DNA of 64,000 nt, from positions 26,493 through 90,492 of the IMG/VR virus record IMGVR_UViG_3300033069_000690; one strand, given 5' to 3'. This document shows, piece by piece, positions 37,367 to 48,329 of the stretch (positions are counted from its first letter, which is position 1; each line of letters starts with the position of its first letter). The position numbers and the translations under genes were made by a program. This stretch comes from a virus (taxonomy: Duplodnaviria; Caudoviricetes). Under the pieces are notes generated by a model. The model worked only from the letters and a program-made list of their open reading frames with translations. It did not search any database and was not told where the DNA came from.

Positions 37367-40279
37367 TTACTCTTTGCCTCCTTTCTTATATCCTCTTGGA
37401 TACGCTTTCTTCATGTAGTTATTAATGTAATCTTTTTGTAATCCGAATGCTCCTATCTTTCCGATATCCTCAAAGCCTGAATTGATGTAATCAGTTTTCA
37501 TAGCTTTGTTCTTAGCATTCATATCATCTACTGTTAACTTAGTAGCCATATTACTTCTCATCAAATCAATGTTAGAAGCGTCAGCTTTAAACTTACCTTC
37601 AGCATTGATGTTCATTATCTTTTCTTGCTCTTCAGCTTTAGTCTTTATTAGATTAGTTCCTAATGCTACGTCACCAGCTAAATTATAATTACCTGAGTTA
37701 CGCATGTTATAACGTCCTAAGTTATAGCCCTCATTGACTTTACGCTGTATTTGTTCATTGCTTAGGTCATTCCATTTCATGCGAGCATTAACCATGTAGT
37801 CCTCAGGATTAGAATGATCTGCTTTACCAAAGATACCTTTACCAAACTTCCATGCAATAGGAAGAATGTTAAGAGCAGACATTGTAGGATCCATATCTGA
37901 GAAGACTCCAGGTTGTGCTTCTGAAACAGGATTGTTATTCTGCCACTCATTCCATGTAGGAGGACCTACTAAAGCGTTAGTATCATAACGTTGGACTGTA
38001 CCTCCCTTAGCCATCTTAGCTTCTTTTCTTTCACGAAGCCTCTGTGCTGATATAAGACTCTTTTCTAATTGTTGTTTACCTTTCAAGTCTCTTTCCATAT
38101 ATTCTTTTGTTCTGTTCTTAGGTATTACTGTTGTACCTGCTGGTGCTTGTACAGTACCATCAGGGTTTATGAGATTAGGATCAGTTGGATGTGGAGGTAT
38201 GTTAATAAAGTTACGAAGTACCATACCATTACTAGTAAGTAACTCTCCTTTCTTCATACTTGCCTTTTGTCCACTTTGTATTCCTGAACCTTCTACGTTT
38301 ATTGTTGTGTTATTCATACCATCTTGTTCTTGTTTTTGTACTCCTCCCTCAATGGCTCCTAAGAAAGGAACAAGAGCTTGGAATGATTGTAAACCCATTC
38401 CTATACCTTGCTTTTCCTTATCACCAAAGATGCTTGTGTTCTGTACCAAACCATTAGTACCTTTAGCTACTTGCTGTATTGTACCTACATGTGTAGCTCC
38501 CATAGTGAGTGCATCCATACCTACAGCTCCAGCAATGTTACCAGCTCCTCTAGAAGCATTGAATGTTTTATCTTGACCTCCAATAGCTTTAGCTCCTGCA
38601 TCTGTGATCTGATCTGTAAGACCCATTGACATTGCATCAAGTCCTCCTTCAACTGCACCATATAAAGCTCCGCCAATACCTTTTAGTAAACCACCTTTAG
38701 CCATTTTTACTACACCTCCTAGTTTATTTTTTTGAATTTCTGTAGGTATAAATTGATTTTTAGTTGCACCTTTCCAACCATTTGTAGGATATTTACTATC
38801 TAAAAAGTTTAAAGCTGCTTCATTATTCTCATTAACATATAAATTTCTAAAATGTTGTAGTTCCCCATCGTTAAGTGGTCTTAATAAATTTTTAAGACCT
38901 GTTTTATCTTTACCCCTTATAACTTGCTCCATACCAGCATTTATAAAGTCACTACTAGTTTTCTCATATAAATGATTTAGTGTATTTGTTGGTACACCTT
39001 GTGTAGTTAAATTTGGTTTATACTTATTTACAGTTGCTGTTTGGTTAACCATATTTTCAGCATCCTTAGCTGTATAAGAATAGATAGGCTTATCAGAAGG
39101 ATTATGCTTCTTCATAATTTCAAAATCTTTTATATTAGGATATCCTGAATGAAATCGAGCAGCTGCTGCTCTAATTTCCTCTTCTGTATAATTTACTTCT
39201 TTAGGTATAAAGTTAGTAATCCCCTTTACATCAGATTTAAGTAGAGATTTACCTACACTTGGTATACCAAACGTAGCTTCATCCAATAGATTAACTCCAA
39301 ACATTCTAGGTATCTGTGATAGCCCAACTGCTCCATACCCAACACCACCTGCTGTTAATGCAGCTGCCATTGCAATAGGATCTGAAAGAACGTCGTTACT
39401 TAAACCTTCTTCTTTGTGACCATTAATATAATCTTGGATAGTATACTTTTCAGGATTAGTTGAAAGCTTTTTAGCACGTGCATTATACACCCTATCTTGA
39501 GGAGTAGATATAGTTTTTCCTAAAGTTGTTTTAGTAGTACTATTCATACGAGTATTAGCTTCTTGTACTAATTTTTGATTGAACCAAGATAGGTCTGTAG
39601 ACCCTCCTTTACCATACTTCATCTTATTATTAGGAAGCGTCACATTACTTTGTTTAGCTCTATAACCCATCTTAAGTAATTGCTCTGGTGTGTAGTTACC
39701 TGCTGTCTGTGGCTTATCCATCATGACTCCTCTAGTATCCATGTAACCTCCTGTTGGCTTATCTTCTACGATAGGTGCAGGTGGGTTATCTCCATATACT
39801 ATTTGTCTTTGTGGTGTACTAATAGGACGCTCTACAACTGATTTTATTTTGTCTACAGCCTTTATGATTGGGGCTGTAACAGAAGGAGTAGTAGGACGTG
39901 GTTTAGGTTTAGGTTTAGGTGATGGTTTTGGAGTACTTTGTATACTAGGCATAGGAGGTTCTCCCCTAATTTCAAGTACACCATATTCATGATTAGTCGG
40001 TAATGTAGATTTAGAAGTATAATTTATAGTATTTTGATTTATGTTTTCAATTCTAGGATCATCAGGATACTTATCTTTTATCATCTTTCTTATTGCTTTG
40101 AAAGTAGCTAAATCTATTGTTTCCATTTTTATAGCTTTAAAAGCAGCTTCTTGAGCTTTAGTATTTTTATAATTTAAAACACTATCTGCATGAGTAGCTA
40201 TAGGACCTGTAGTATACCCACCATTACTAAACATATTAGGTACTTCTAGACTAGGTTTATATTTTTTCTTTTTTATCAT
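37367..40279 (-). CDS. Virion cargo protein with Gly-rich hydrophobic segments and repeated xxGG motifs
   Basis: MFSNGG, KYGKGG, KNKLGG, MAKGG (twice), KKGG. PKPKP linker. Ala/Gly-rich hydrophobic stretches. Confidence 0.65.
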   Translation of the reverse strand: MIKKKKYKPSLEVPNMFSNGGYTTGPIATHADSVLNYKNTKAQEAAFKAIKMETIDLATFKAIRKMIKDKYPDDPRIENINQNTINYTSKSTLPTNHEYGVLEIRGEPPMPSIQSTPKPSPKPKPKPRPTTPSVTAPIIKAVDKIKSVVERPISTPQRQIVYGDNPPAPIVEDKPTGGYMDTRGVMMDKPQTAGNYTPEQLLKMGYRAKQSNVTLPNNKMKYGKGGSTDLSWFNQKLVQEANTRMNSTTKTTLGKTISTPQDRVYNARAKKLSTNPEKYTIQDYINGHKEEGLSNDVLSDPIAMAAALTAGGVGYGAVGLSQIPRMFGVNLLDEATFGIPSVGKSLLKSDVKGITNFIPKEVNYTEEEIRAAAARFHSGYPNIKDFEIMKKHNPSDKPIYSYTAKDAENMVNQTATVNKYKPNLTTQGVPTNTLNHLYEKTSSDFINAGMEQVIRGKDKTGLKNLLRPLNDGELQHFRNLYVNENNEAALNFLDSKYPTNGWKGATKNQFIPTEIQKNKLGGVVKMAKGGLLKGIGGALYGAVEGGLDAMSMGLTDQITDAGAKAIGGQDKTFNASRGAGNIAGAVGMDALTMGATHVGTIQQVAKGTNGLVQNTSIFGDKEKQGIGMGLQSFQALVPFLGAIEGGVQKQEQDGMNNTTINVEGSGIQSGQKASMKKGELLTSNGMVLRNFINIPPHPTDPNLINPDGTVQAPAGTTVIPKNRTKEYMERDLKGKQQLEKSLISAQRLRERKEAKMAKGGTVQRYDTNALVGPPTWNEWQNNNPVSEAQPGVFSDMDPTMSALNILPIAWKFGKGIFGKADHSNPEDYMVNARMKWNDLSNEQIQRKVNEGYNLGRYNMRNSGNYNLAGDVALGTNLIKTKAEEQEKIMNINAEGKFKADASNIDLMRSNMATKLTVDDMNAKNKAMKTDYINSGFEDIGKIGAFGLQKDYINNYMKKAYPRGYKKGGKE

Positions 40280-41796
40280 TATTTGTTAAGTTTAGTACTA
40301 GTTACTTCTACAGGATTTTCTACAGAAAGAGGTATAGAACTTATTGCTTGTTTTTTATAAAAATCTACTTGTTTTTTATAAGAAGAATTACCACTTACCA
40401 CATCATTATATTTTTTCTTAGTAGAAGCATCCCCAGATAACCAGCTTGGTTGATTGTATACATAAGGTAAGTACTCTAGGTAATTATCAGTATTTATATT
40501 TTCTGTATATGTAGGATCTTCTTTTTTATCAGAAGCTCTTTTTCTTAGAGTAGTTAATCCTGATGCTAAATGAACCATAGCAGCTTCTGAAGCTTTAATA
40601 GGATCAGATAAGTCTTCTACTGTGATAGATTTTTTATACTCTTCTGGTAATTGATTATAAGTAACTTGAAATGGTCCTATACTATGATTCTCCTTATTTC
40701 CTATAAGGTTATGGAGTAATCCCCATTCTGGGGCTGGTACATTTACACCTAAGACTTTTTTTGTTTTACCAAGATAGTCTGAATTAAATTTAGTTTCTGC
40801 GCCATATATACCCACCATATTCTCAACTAGACTATCATATTCTCTATTAGATACATTATAAGTACTCATAAATTTTTTTTTATACTCGGGGTCACTATAC
40901 TTAGAAAGTATATCAGGAAGACGGGACTCCGATATATCATCATATTTACTTTTATTTTGAAGAAGTATTGTTGGATTTTTTTTATTAGAAGAATCATCTA
41001 CTCCATTATCTACTAGTATAACTTTACGACCCTGTGATGTGGTAGAATTTTCACCAGTATCATTTAGAACAAATGAAGTAGGATGATAATCATTACTTCT
41101 AATTGTTTTAGTAGGATTAAAATACGTAGGATCTAAATCAGTTATCTGTGCCTTCAGTGCTTCTCTATCTTTTATTAAATCGTTTAATCCTGTTATAGGA
41201 TTTTTTCTTTTTAATAACTGTGTACTATATTTACTTACTAACCCAGGATCACTATAAATTAGATTGTCTTTACCTAGATAATAAGATTTTTCAATAACTG
41301 CCCCATGTCCAGGAGATCCTGCTACCTTTATTTCTTTAGTACCATTATCTAAATTTTTAATATCCATAACGGTAAAAGCATGATAGGGCCTTCCTTTAGC
41401 ATTTGTTTTAAATTGTAGTATATCACTGGGTTGGATATATTTATTAGAAGGTTCTAAGTATCTAGTAGAGGAAGCTGTTTTTGCATTATCTTGTGCAAGA
41501 GAATTAGAAAAGAATTTAAAGTTTTCTCCTGCTTGTGTAGCAAAATAACAAGCAGTCCCAATACAAGACCCACCACTTTTTGTTTTTATATCCTCAGGCA
41601 TAAAAGTACTATTCTCTAAAGTAAACTTTTCTTTTAAAGCTTTAGCTACTACTGTTTTTAATTTTGCTACAAAAGGGTCAGAACCTCCGGCATTTATACT
41701 ACTTTGGATTTCTTTATACCTTGCTATAAGAGAATCTCTTTTAGCTATAGTATATTCTTCTAATCCCCCAGTATTAATTTTTCCTATCTTACCCAT
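40279..41796 (-). CDS. Putative two-domain peptidoglycan hydrolase (NlpC/P60-CHAP-like plus lysozyme-like)
   Basis: GSCIGTAC...DILQF...PYHAF Cys/His dyad; GAETKF...SIGPFQV...YNQ. Markedly AT-rich. Confidence 0.55.
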   Translation of the reverse strand: MGKIGKINTGGLEEYTIAKRDSLIARYKEIQSSINAGGSDPFVAKLKTVVAKALKEKFTLENSTFMPEDIKTKSGGSCIGTACYFATQAGENFKFFSNSLAQDNAKTASSTRYLEPSNKYIQPSDILQFKTNAKGRPYHAFTVMDIKNLDNGTKEIKVAGSPGHGAVIEKSYYLGKDNLIYSDPGLVSKYSTQLLKRKNPITGLNDLIKDREALKAQITDLDPTYFNPTKTIRSNDYHPTSFVLNDTGENSTTSQGRKVILVDNGVDDSSNKKNPTILLQNKSKYDDISESRLPDILSKYSDPEYKKKFMSTYNVSNREYDSLVENMVGIYGAETKFNSDYLGKTKKVLGVNVPAPEWGLLHNLIGNKENHSIGPFQVTYNQLPEEYKKSITVEDLSDPIKASEAAMVHLASGLTTLRKRASDKKEDPTYTENINTDNYLEYLPYVYNQPSWLSGDASTKKKYNDVVSGNSSYKKQVDFYKKQAISSIPLSVENPVEVTSTKLNK

Positions 41797-44700
41797 TATC
41801 TAGAATTTAACATAACTAGACTGTTAACAGAACTAGCTACAAATTTATTATTACGTTTATTGTCATAGTATAACTCAGCAATGAAGTATCTGTCTTTTAA
41901 TCTCTCTGTAATAGCTGTACGATTAGTAGCTATGTTTACAGGATCAAAGATATCAAAGTTACCTCCTGTGTATAATACACGATTGCCTGGAACTTTAACA
42001 TTCCATATTGTCTTCCTACGTTTACTTATCCCAGCTAATGGTAATACATCTGTATTCTGATATGAATTAAATATCCTTATCTTATTAAAGAAGTCATTAG
42101 GTTGTGGAATAGCATATTGGTTTAGTAACTTATAATCCAAAGTAGGAGTATAAGCTTCTGTTAACACTTCCATATTAGTAAGTACCTTCTCTAAAGTAGG
42201 TTCTTGATTAATAATGAAAGATACTTTACTATCTTGTGGTCTAGTAGGATTGCTAGGGTGATCATAGAACACACCATACTTACCATAGTTGCTAGCGAAT
42301 AGTGCTCCTGGTAAGTTATTACCAGAAGGTACTTCAAACATGTTTAGCTTATCGTTAATGAACACTTTAGGTGTGTAGGTATATCTACCACAGAACCCAT
42401 CAAATAATTCACTGTAAGCTACCGTATAGTACTTATCGCTAGTACTGTTTAATAAGGAAATAAGAAACTCTCCATGGCGGGTATCGTAAGTAGCATGTAC
42501 TCCTATGTCCTCGTATGGATTATCACTTACTTGCAAATCACTATTAGTATTGTTAAAGAAGAAAGCTGACATACCTTTTAGATCACTAAGAGGTTCAACA
42601 GTATCCTTTAATCTATATACCTTTCTTGATAATGTATCAAACCAGATTAAGCTCTGATCTGATTGTGCAAAACTGAATTGATGCTTACTACCTATTGAAG
42701 TAGAAGCATACTCATACCTATCTAAGATACCTGATGTACCTATGTATAGTTGTGTATTGTCATCAGCTTGTAATGCTTGTTTATCAGCTACCTGGAAGCC
42801 TCCAAAGCCACGTTCTTGAAAGAACAATAGCTTATCTTTAAAAACAATTAAGTTCGTTATAGGGCCGTATTTAGATTCAACATCTAAGTAAGCAGATGGT
42901 CTAAAGGTTGCCCAAGAATCTACTGTCTCATTATTAGTCTTAGGTTCTGATTTATAAGTACGGCAATCAAATTCTCTACTTACATTAACATCAAATGGTT
43001 TAGCATAGAAGTTTCTAATGTTAGGTAACCATGAATATAACTTCTGGTCTCCTATATTAAATGACTCTGCTGTGGTAATGTTACCACCACCATTAACAGG
43101 GTTACCTGTGATATCATCTCTATTAGGCACATTGTGTGGACCTGTTGTTGAACTAGCACGTAAGGCTGTATTTAATGTAACCTCAATAGGTTGGTGGTAT
43201 ATTCTCCAAGCAACTCTTTGGTTCTCTAAGTCTGAAGCACTTATACCTAACTCATTAGGTAATCCTGATGAAGTAACGTATCTAGGCATATCAGGAAACT
43301 CATATACCATATCATGTACTAATGTGTAAGTATCTCCTCCAGCTACTGTAGCTGTATAAATAGGAGATCCTCCCGGTACTATACGAGTAAAATTATAAGT
43401 GTATCTGTAAACGTTATTAGCACGTTGTGCGTAACCTACACCGCCATACTGATTAGTAACATTACGTTTGTAATTAGCTATGTAAACTTTACTAGAACCA
43501 TTAGTAAACCACCCATCTAAGTTAGGGAAATTCTTGTTACCAGCACCTACTGTTTCAAAATCATAATAAATAGATGAGGTAGAGGGTGCGTATAAGATTG
43601 CTAGTCTATCATCAGAGAAAGATGCCCTATCATAAAGAGCCCATCCACTACCTCCTGTGTAAGGAGGAGAAGCATTCACCACAAATGGGCTACTAGCTAA
43701 ACCAGGGAACCATGAGGACCAATTATTAGTTAGTGTATCCCATGTAATAGCATCAGCACCATTATTATTAAATCTATTTAATCGTTTTGTATCAATGATA
43801 TTATACTCAGGACCACTTGATGTGGCATCTAGTATACTAGCAGGAATACCTACCCCAGTCACATCTGAGTAATTCTTATAAGAGTGAGCACTAATATTAG
43901 GCATACTTGTACTATTTCCATATATAAACTCCTTATATTCCGGATTAAATACAGCTGCTGGATTGGCAATCCTATCCATTAATGTAGTAATTTCAAAAGT
44001 ATCACCACTTTGATACTCAAAGTAACCACCAAATTGTAATTCAGGTGACTTAAGAGTCATCATGTGAGGCCAGATCTCACTAGGATTACCATTAGGAGAG
44101 TTAGTACCATAGAAGGGACCAGAGGAAGAAGAACTATTTTGAGCACCAGCAGAGCAAGTCCACATACTTCTCTCATGAATATCATTAGTAGGTATATTAG
44201 TCTTATAAGTAGGACTAAGAATACCTTGTGCTTTTATTCTTTTATCATTAGCTGTACGTGGTACTACTACAATTGAATAACCTTTTATCTCAGATGGTAA
44301 TGTACTTGTATCTACACTAAACTCTACAACTAAGTTTCTTGAATAAGCTACAGTAGTTGTAAGTAACCCAACTAAAGGGTAAGTTAATGCCTTATCTTCC
44401 TTAGCACTACCATTAGGCATGTATACATTAGGCATACGGATATCACCTATCCACTTAGCAAAGCTTTCATTACCTTGGCTATCATAGAACACAATAGCAA
44501 ATCTGTACATCTCATCACGCTGATAACCTGCAAGTAGGGGCATCATGTATGGAGAGATAGTACTTCTAAAAAAGTTACCTGTTGTATAATCATGATCTCC
44601 TAAATGCATTATTGAGGTAGTACTAGTAGTAACTTCTCTATAAGGGGCTTTAACATATGGGCCACTATATTTCTCATCTTGGATAATATCAACAGTAGTA

Positions 44701-46340
44701 AACCTATAAGAAACATTCTTACCTGATCCTCCTAAATCGGATATGTAGTTAGTAGCATTAGGTACATACAGTAAGTTACTATCAAACGTATTAGCTTGAT
44801 CTGCATATGATTGAATAGCATCATGCTGTTCAGGAACTGGTTGCTGGGTTGAATCAGCATTCAGTATATCATAGTTCAACGTAGAATCAACTGTGTATGA
44901 ATTACCAGCTAAGTCCTTAATAGTAGTTTGTGTAGCACCGAATGGGAATCTATAAGCTCTAGCATCCCAATCAATATCTTGTTCTGATAACAATACATTA
45001 GAAAGGAAAAGAGTATTGTATTTACTAGCTAGTGATTTAGCTCTACGTATATCAGCAGCAAAAGCAGTAACCTCATTAACATCAATATCAACTAATGTTT
45101 CTGATCCGCTGTATGTAACTGATATACTACTTTGGTTACTCACATAACCTTCATAGAACAAACTGCATATAGGTAAAGCTCCTTCAGCTTTATAGTATAT
45201 TGCAACAAGCTCTATCTTATCAAAGTCAGTATCAATGTTACTGATACTTAATGTAATACTCTTACCTGATGGTTCTTCAGACTTAGAAGCTTGGTAGTTC
45301 TGAAAATCTGTTGTAGCTTCAGGCTGATCATTTAAAAAGATAGGAGCAGATGGTAGACTGAATTTAGATTCAGCACCATTGCTTCTCTTTAGTCTATAAG
45401 CAAACTGGTACATACCTGTTAGTAATGTACCATTGCCTATACTTTGAAGGATTGGGATATCGAAGTCTATTGAGGAAATCAAACTTAATTCTTCAGGAGT
45501 CTTTAATTGGACAGAAGGATCTGCTACATTAATAACTCTTGGTCTGTTGAAGTTATCAGTCCAATAGATTTTCTGTATGTCTTTATTTTCATATCTAACT
45601 TCAATCATACCTGGGTTAGCCACAGGACGTTTAGTAGTTAGATTTAAAGCATCATTGTATATAAGAGTAAGGGAATAGTTATTAGGATCAGTCATGTCTC
45701 CTGACTTATCGTAAGAGAACTTCCACCACTGTCCATTAGATACAATAGTAGTAGTATCAGGATCATCAGTACAGTTAGTAGTCAAGAGATAGATATCATC
45801 TCTTAATACTGTCCATCCTATTATACGTAATCCAGCTTCACCATTCTTTACTTCAAAATTCCAAGTAACTCTTGATGTATAATCTGTAGGAGATCCTATA
45901 AGAGGTACTAATGTAACATTAGTGATTGACACTACTGAGTTATCAATAGAAATATAGGATTGATTCCCTATTGCTGATAAGGTATTAGTGATGCCTTGTG
46001 CAGTTAAGTAAGCAGACAGCTGTACAAAGATATCCTCTGTACTTGTACTGTATAACACATTAGGTACATAGTCTATACCATCTATGTTTATAGTAATATC
46101 ATAGAATCCAAAGCTAGTTAATGTGTGTGAAGCAATACTAAATTTTGTAGTACGTGGTATATCAGGAACAGAGAGTGTAAACTCTTGTCCTCTAATATTC
46201 ACACGACTAGCAGTAGTACCCCCATCGTCAGTAACTAATCTGAAGTTCTCGGAATCCACAACCATATCAGGCTTAAGTAATAACTTACTTATGTCCTGAT
46301 TAACCACACCACCTAAACTATTTGTAACTGGTTTTAACAT
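41796..46340 (-). CDS. Muzzle / tail stabilisation protein (P22 gp10-like)
   Basis: GGVVNQDIS...SENFR, IYWTDNFNRPR, GYQRDEMYRFAIVFYD...SFAKWIGDIR, YGPITNL, YEY...GSKHQFS. 1514 aa, beta-rich. Confidence 0.8.
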   Translation of the reverse strand: MLKPVTNSLGGVVNQDISKLLLKPDMVVDSENFRLVTDDGGTTASRVNIRGQEFTLSVPDIPRTTKFSIASHTLTSFGFYDITINIDGIDYVPNVLYSTSTEDIFVQLSAYLTAQGITNTLSAIGNQSYISIDNSVVSITNVTLVPLIGSPTDYTSRVTWNFEVKNGEAGLRIIGWTVLRDDIYLLTTNCTDDPDTTTIVSNGQWWKFSYDKSGDMTDPNNYSLTLIYNDALNLTTKRPVANPGMIEVRYENKDIQKIYWTDNFNRPRVINVADPSVQLKTPEELSLISSIDFDIPILQSIGNGTLLTGMYQFAYRLKRSNGAESKFSLPSAPIFLNDQPEATTDFQNYQASKSEEPSGKSITLSISNIDTDFDKIELVAIYYKAEGALPICSLFYEGYVSNQSSISVTYSGSETLVDIDVNEVTAFAADIRRAKSLASKYNTLFLSNVLLSEQDIDWDARAYRFPFGATQTTIKDLAGNSYTVDSTLNYDILNADSTQQPVPEQHDAIQSYADQANTFDSNLLYVPNATNYISDLGGSGKNVSYRFTTVDIIQDEKYSGPYVKAPYREVTTSTTSIMHLGDHDYTTGNFFRSTISPYMMPLLAGYQRDEMYRFAIVFYDSQGNESFAKWIGDIRMPNVYMPNGSAKEDKALTYPLVGLLTTTVAYSRNLVVEFSVDTSTLPSEIKGYSIVVVPRTANDKRIKAQGILSPTYKTNIPTNDIHERSMWTCSAGAQNSSSSSGPFYGTNSPNGNPSEIWPHMMTLKSPELQFGGYFEYQSGDTFEITTLMDRIANPAAVFNPEYKEFIYGNSTSMPNISAHSYKNYSDVTGVGIPASILDATSSGPEYNIIDTKRLNRFNNNGADAITWDTLTNNWSSWFPGLASSPFVVNASPPYTGGSGWALYDRASFSDDRLAILYAPSTSSIYYDFETVGAGNKNFPNLDGWFTNGSSKVYIANYKRNVTNQYGGVGYAQRANNVYRYTYNFTRIVPGGSPIYTATVAGGDTYTLVHDMVYEFPDMPRYVTSSGLPNELGISASDLENQRVAWRIYHQPIEVTLNTALRASSTTGPHNVPNRDDITGNPVNGGGNITTAESFNIGDQKLYSWLPNIRNFYAKPFDVNVSREFDCRTYKSEPKTNNETVDSWATFRPSAYLDVESKYGPITNLIVFKDKLLFFQERGFGGFQVADKQALQADDNTQLYIGTSGILDRYEYASTSIGSKHQFSFAQSDQSLIWFDTLSRKVYRLKDTVEPLSDLKGMSAFFFNNTNSDLQVSDNPYEDIGVHATYDTRHGEFLISLLNSTSDKYYTVAYSELFDGFCGRYTYTPKVFINDKLNMFEVPSGNNLPGALFASNYGKYGVFYDHPSNPTRPQDSKVSFIINQEPTLEKVLTNMEVLTEAYTPTLDYKLLNQYAIPQPNDFFNKIRIFNSYQNTDVLPLAGISKRRKTIWNVKVPGNRVLYTGGNFDIFDPVNIATNRTAITERLKDRYFIAELYYDNKRNNKFVASSVNSLVMLNSR

Positions 46341-47149
46341 TAGTATCTTCCTCTATATCCTTGTTTACTCATGTTCTTGAAGTTGTTCATGTACTCATCT
46401 TTACGAACAACCATCTTAATAAGCATATTCTTCATGCTTTCCATTTGGTGTATATCAGCTGTACGTACATAGTTGTATGCAGCAGCTATAGCCCAATTCC
46501 TTTCACGTTTACTATCCTGATACATCTTATCAGTTAGCTTACCTGTTCTCCATGCTCTGTAATCTAAACGCTCTGTTATATACATAACAACAGCAGCTTT
46601 AATCTTAGCATCATCTGGAATCTCAGGAAAGCCTTCTTCATCCACAGGGAATGATGTATAAGCCATACATACCTTTCCTTCTTTCTTATTGAAAGTAATA
46701 GTAGAAGAGTTCATAACAAATGTTATTGGCTCTGTAGAAGACTGTGATGTGGTTAGTAGTGGAGGTGCTTGGGGTGAAAATATATTACCGAAATTATCAT
46801 AGAACAAATCATATGATGAGCTGTTCTGACTATCAATACCACAACATCCACCATCAAGTAAATTGATGAAAGTATTAGAAGCTGGTATTGCTGTTTTATT
46901 ATCAACTGTTAGTGCTACAAGTTTATGAAAGCCTATAGGTAAATCAACTCTATAGTTTTCCATCTCATAAGCAGGGTCACCTTTAAATCCTATTACTTTA
47001 GGTACGTAGAATAAAGGACAGGAGATTGCTTCTAATGCTTCGTAGCACCAGTAAGCACAATCTTCTATATTAACCTCATCTTCTATACCAGTATTTCTGT
47101 ATACTGATAAGATAGCCTCTTTAAGGCTTGTGTATTTTGTAAATTGCAT
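46340..47149 (-). CDS. Tail ring / tubular protein (P22 gp4-like)
   Basis: YRVDLP, VCMAYTSFPVDEEGFPEIPDD, WAIAAA. Directly precedes the muzzle gene. Confidence 0.72.
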   Translation of the reverse strand: MQFTKYTSLKEAILSVYRNTGIEDEVNIEDCAYWCYEALEAISCPLFYVPKVIGFKGDPAYEMENYRVDLPIGFHKLVALTVDNKTAIPASNTFINLLDGGCCGIDSQNSSSYDLFYDNFGNIFSPQAPPLLTTSQSSTEPITFVMNSSTITFNKKEGKVCMAYTSFPVDEEGFPEIPDDAKIKAAVVMYITERLDYRAWRTGKLTDKMYQDSKRERNWAIAAAYNYVRTADIHQMESMKNMLIKMVVRKDEYMNNFKNMSKQGYRGRY

Positions 47150-47634
47150 TATGAAAAATAATCTATAGCTGGGTTTGTTTTTAGTTCTTTAGCAACCAAC
47201 CTTTTCCAGTGCCTCATTACAGTAATCTTGTAACGCCTAATACCCTCTATAACCCCATAGCTCCAGTTCCATCTATAGTAGTGGTAGGCCCTATGCTCGT
47301 TTAAATGGTACTTCTTTTCTCCTGTCTTAAGGTAATGACCATAGTCTAGCTTTAACTTATTCTTAGCTCTTAATGAATTAACGTTAGTGTAACGTTTCAT
47401 TATACTTAGAGCACCCATTCTATTAGGTAATTTAACTGTAGCTGCCTTATAGATAATATCATGCATCATTAGTTGGTAGAACCTTAGGTTCACAGCTATG
47501 AAAGTTTTCTTATCTACTAGGAAAGGAGTACCTTTATAACCCTCGAATGGTTTGTTAGCTTTAGCGTAATGGTCGTAGATGGTGGCTAGAGTGTAATTAA
47601 CCTTTACCTTAGCTTTCCCTCTTCTTATAATCAT
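47149..47634 (-). CDS. HU/IHF-like basic DNA-binding protein
   Basis: VKLPNRMGALSI, HLNEH...YRWNW. Strongly basic. Confidence 0.6.
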   Translation of the reverse strand: MIIRRGKAKVKVNYTLATIYDHYAKANKPFEGYKGTPFLVDKKTFIAVNLRFYQLMMHDIIYKAATVKLPNRMGALSIMKRYTNVNSLRAKNKLKLDYGHYLKTGEKKYHLNEHRAYHYYRWNWSYGVIEGIRRYKITVMRHWKRLVAKELKTNPAIDYFS

Positions 47635-48329
47635 TTACTATTGTTTGGTTGTTGAGGATCGAATGCTGCATTGTTCACGTTATCTGATATAGGAACTTGT
47701 AGACTCTTAAAGTTAGTGTCTATAATCATTCTTTTCATAACCTCAACCATGTGAGCATTAATTGGGTATCGACTGTCCCTAGTAAAACAAGGAGTACCAC
47801 TACAGCTATTATACTGGCCTACCTCTGTGGGATCAGCAGCAACAAGCGATATAGATACTTTAGTTAAGTTACTAGGAACATTCTTGATTATGATGTAGCC
47901 TTGACGTAAGTATGCTTTAATAACACGCTTACCAAAAGGATTATAATCAGAGTAAGGCATTGCAGCCTCAGGGTATAATGAGTAAGGAATACTTCCTATC
48001 TCTGGAGCACTTACCTTTAACAACAAATCCCTATCACTTACTTCAATCGGAGTAGGTATAGGGTTCTTACTTTTAACTATGTAACAGCCACTAGGCAAGT
48101 TTGTATTTAGAGAGGTATCATCTAGCTCAACATCAAAACAATCTATTGTCTGTGTGATGTTATCACTTAGGGTTTGTCCTTTGTCTAGTTGTTGTCTTAT
48201 TAATGTAGCTCTGGTGTTGTTTATCCAGAACTCCAATTGGCGGTCTGAAATTGGATCGTCGTCGCTGACTAACGCTCCCCCTCTCAGGATATTTCGTAGA
48301 TCGTAAATTAATTGATTTAACGTAATCAT
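47631..48329 (-). CDS. Tail ring protein
   Basis: TLNQLIYDL...SDD..ISDRQLEFWINNTRATLIRQ, C.IVKS..P, YPI. Confidence 0.7.
   Translation of the reverse strand: MITLNQLIYDLRNILRGGALVSDDDPISDRQLEFWINNTRATLIRQQLDKGQTLSDNITQTIDCFDVELDDTSLNTNLPSGCYIVKSKNPIPTPIEVSDRDLLLKVSAPEIGSIPYSLYPEAAMPYSDYNPFGKRVIKAYLRQGYIIIKNVPSNLTKVSISLVAADPTEVGQYNSCSGTPCFTRDSRYPINAHMVEVMKRMIIDTNFKSLQVPISDNVNNAAFDPQQPNNSK

Noticed and set aside
39898-39932. GGTTTA tandem hexamer as a contingency locus
   Set aside because: Only about three copies, encoding a PKPKPKP linker. Unit length is a multiple of 3, so there is no phase switch.
18288-44276. Many 60-135 aa + strand ORFs opposite the giant - strand genes
   Set aside because: Antisense shadows expected from codon bias; none shows a recognisable domain.
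10396-46340. Inteins or introns in the RNR, RNAP or muzzle genes
   Set aside because: I saw no C...HN splice-junction pair or LAGLIDADG/HNH motif. The RNR and muzzle lengths are ordinary, and the RNAP excess is explained by other domains.
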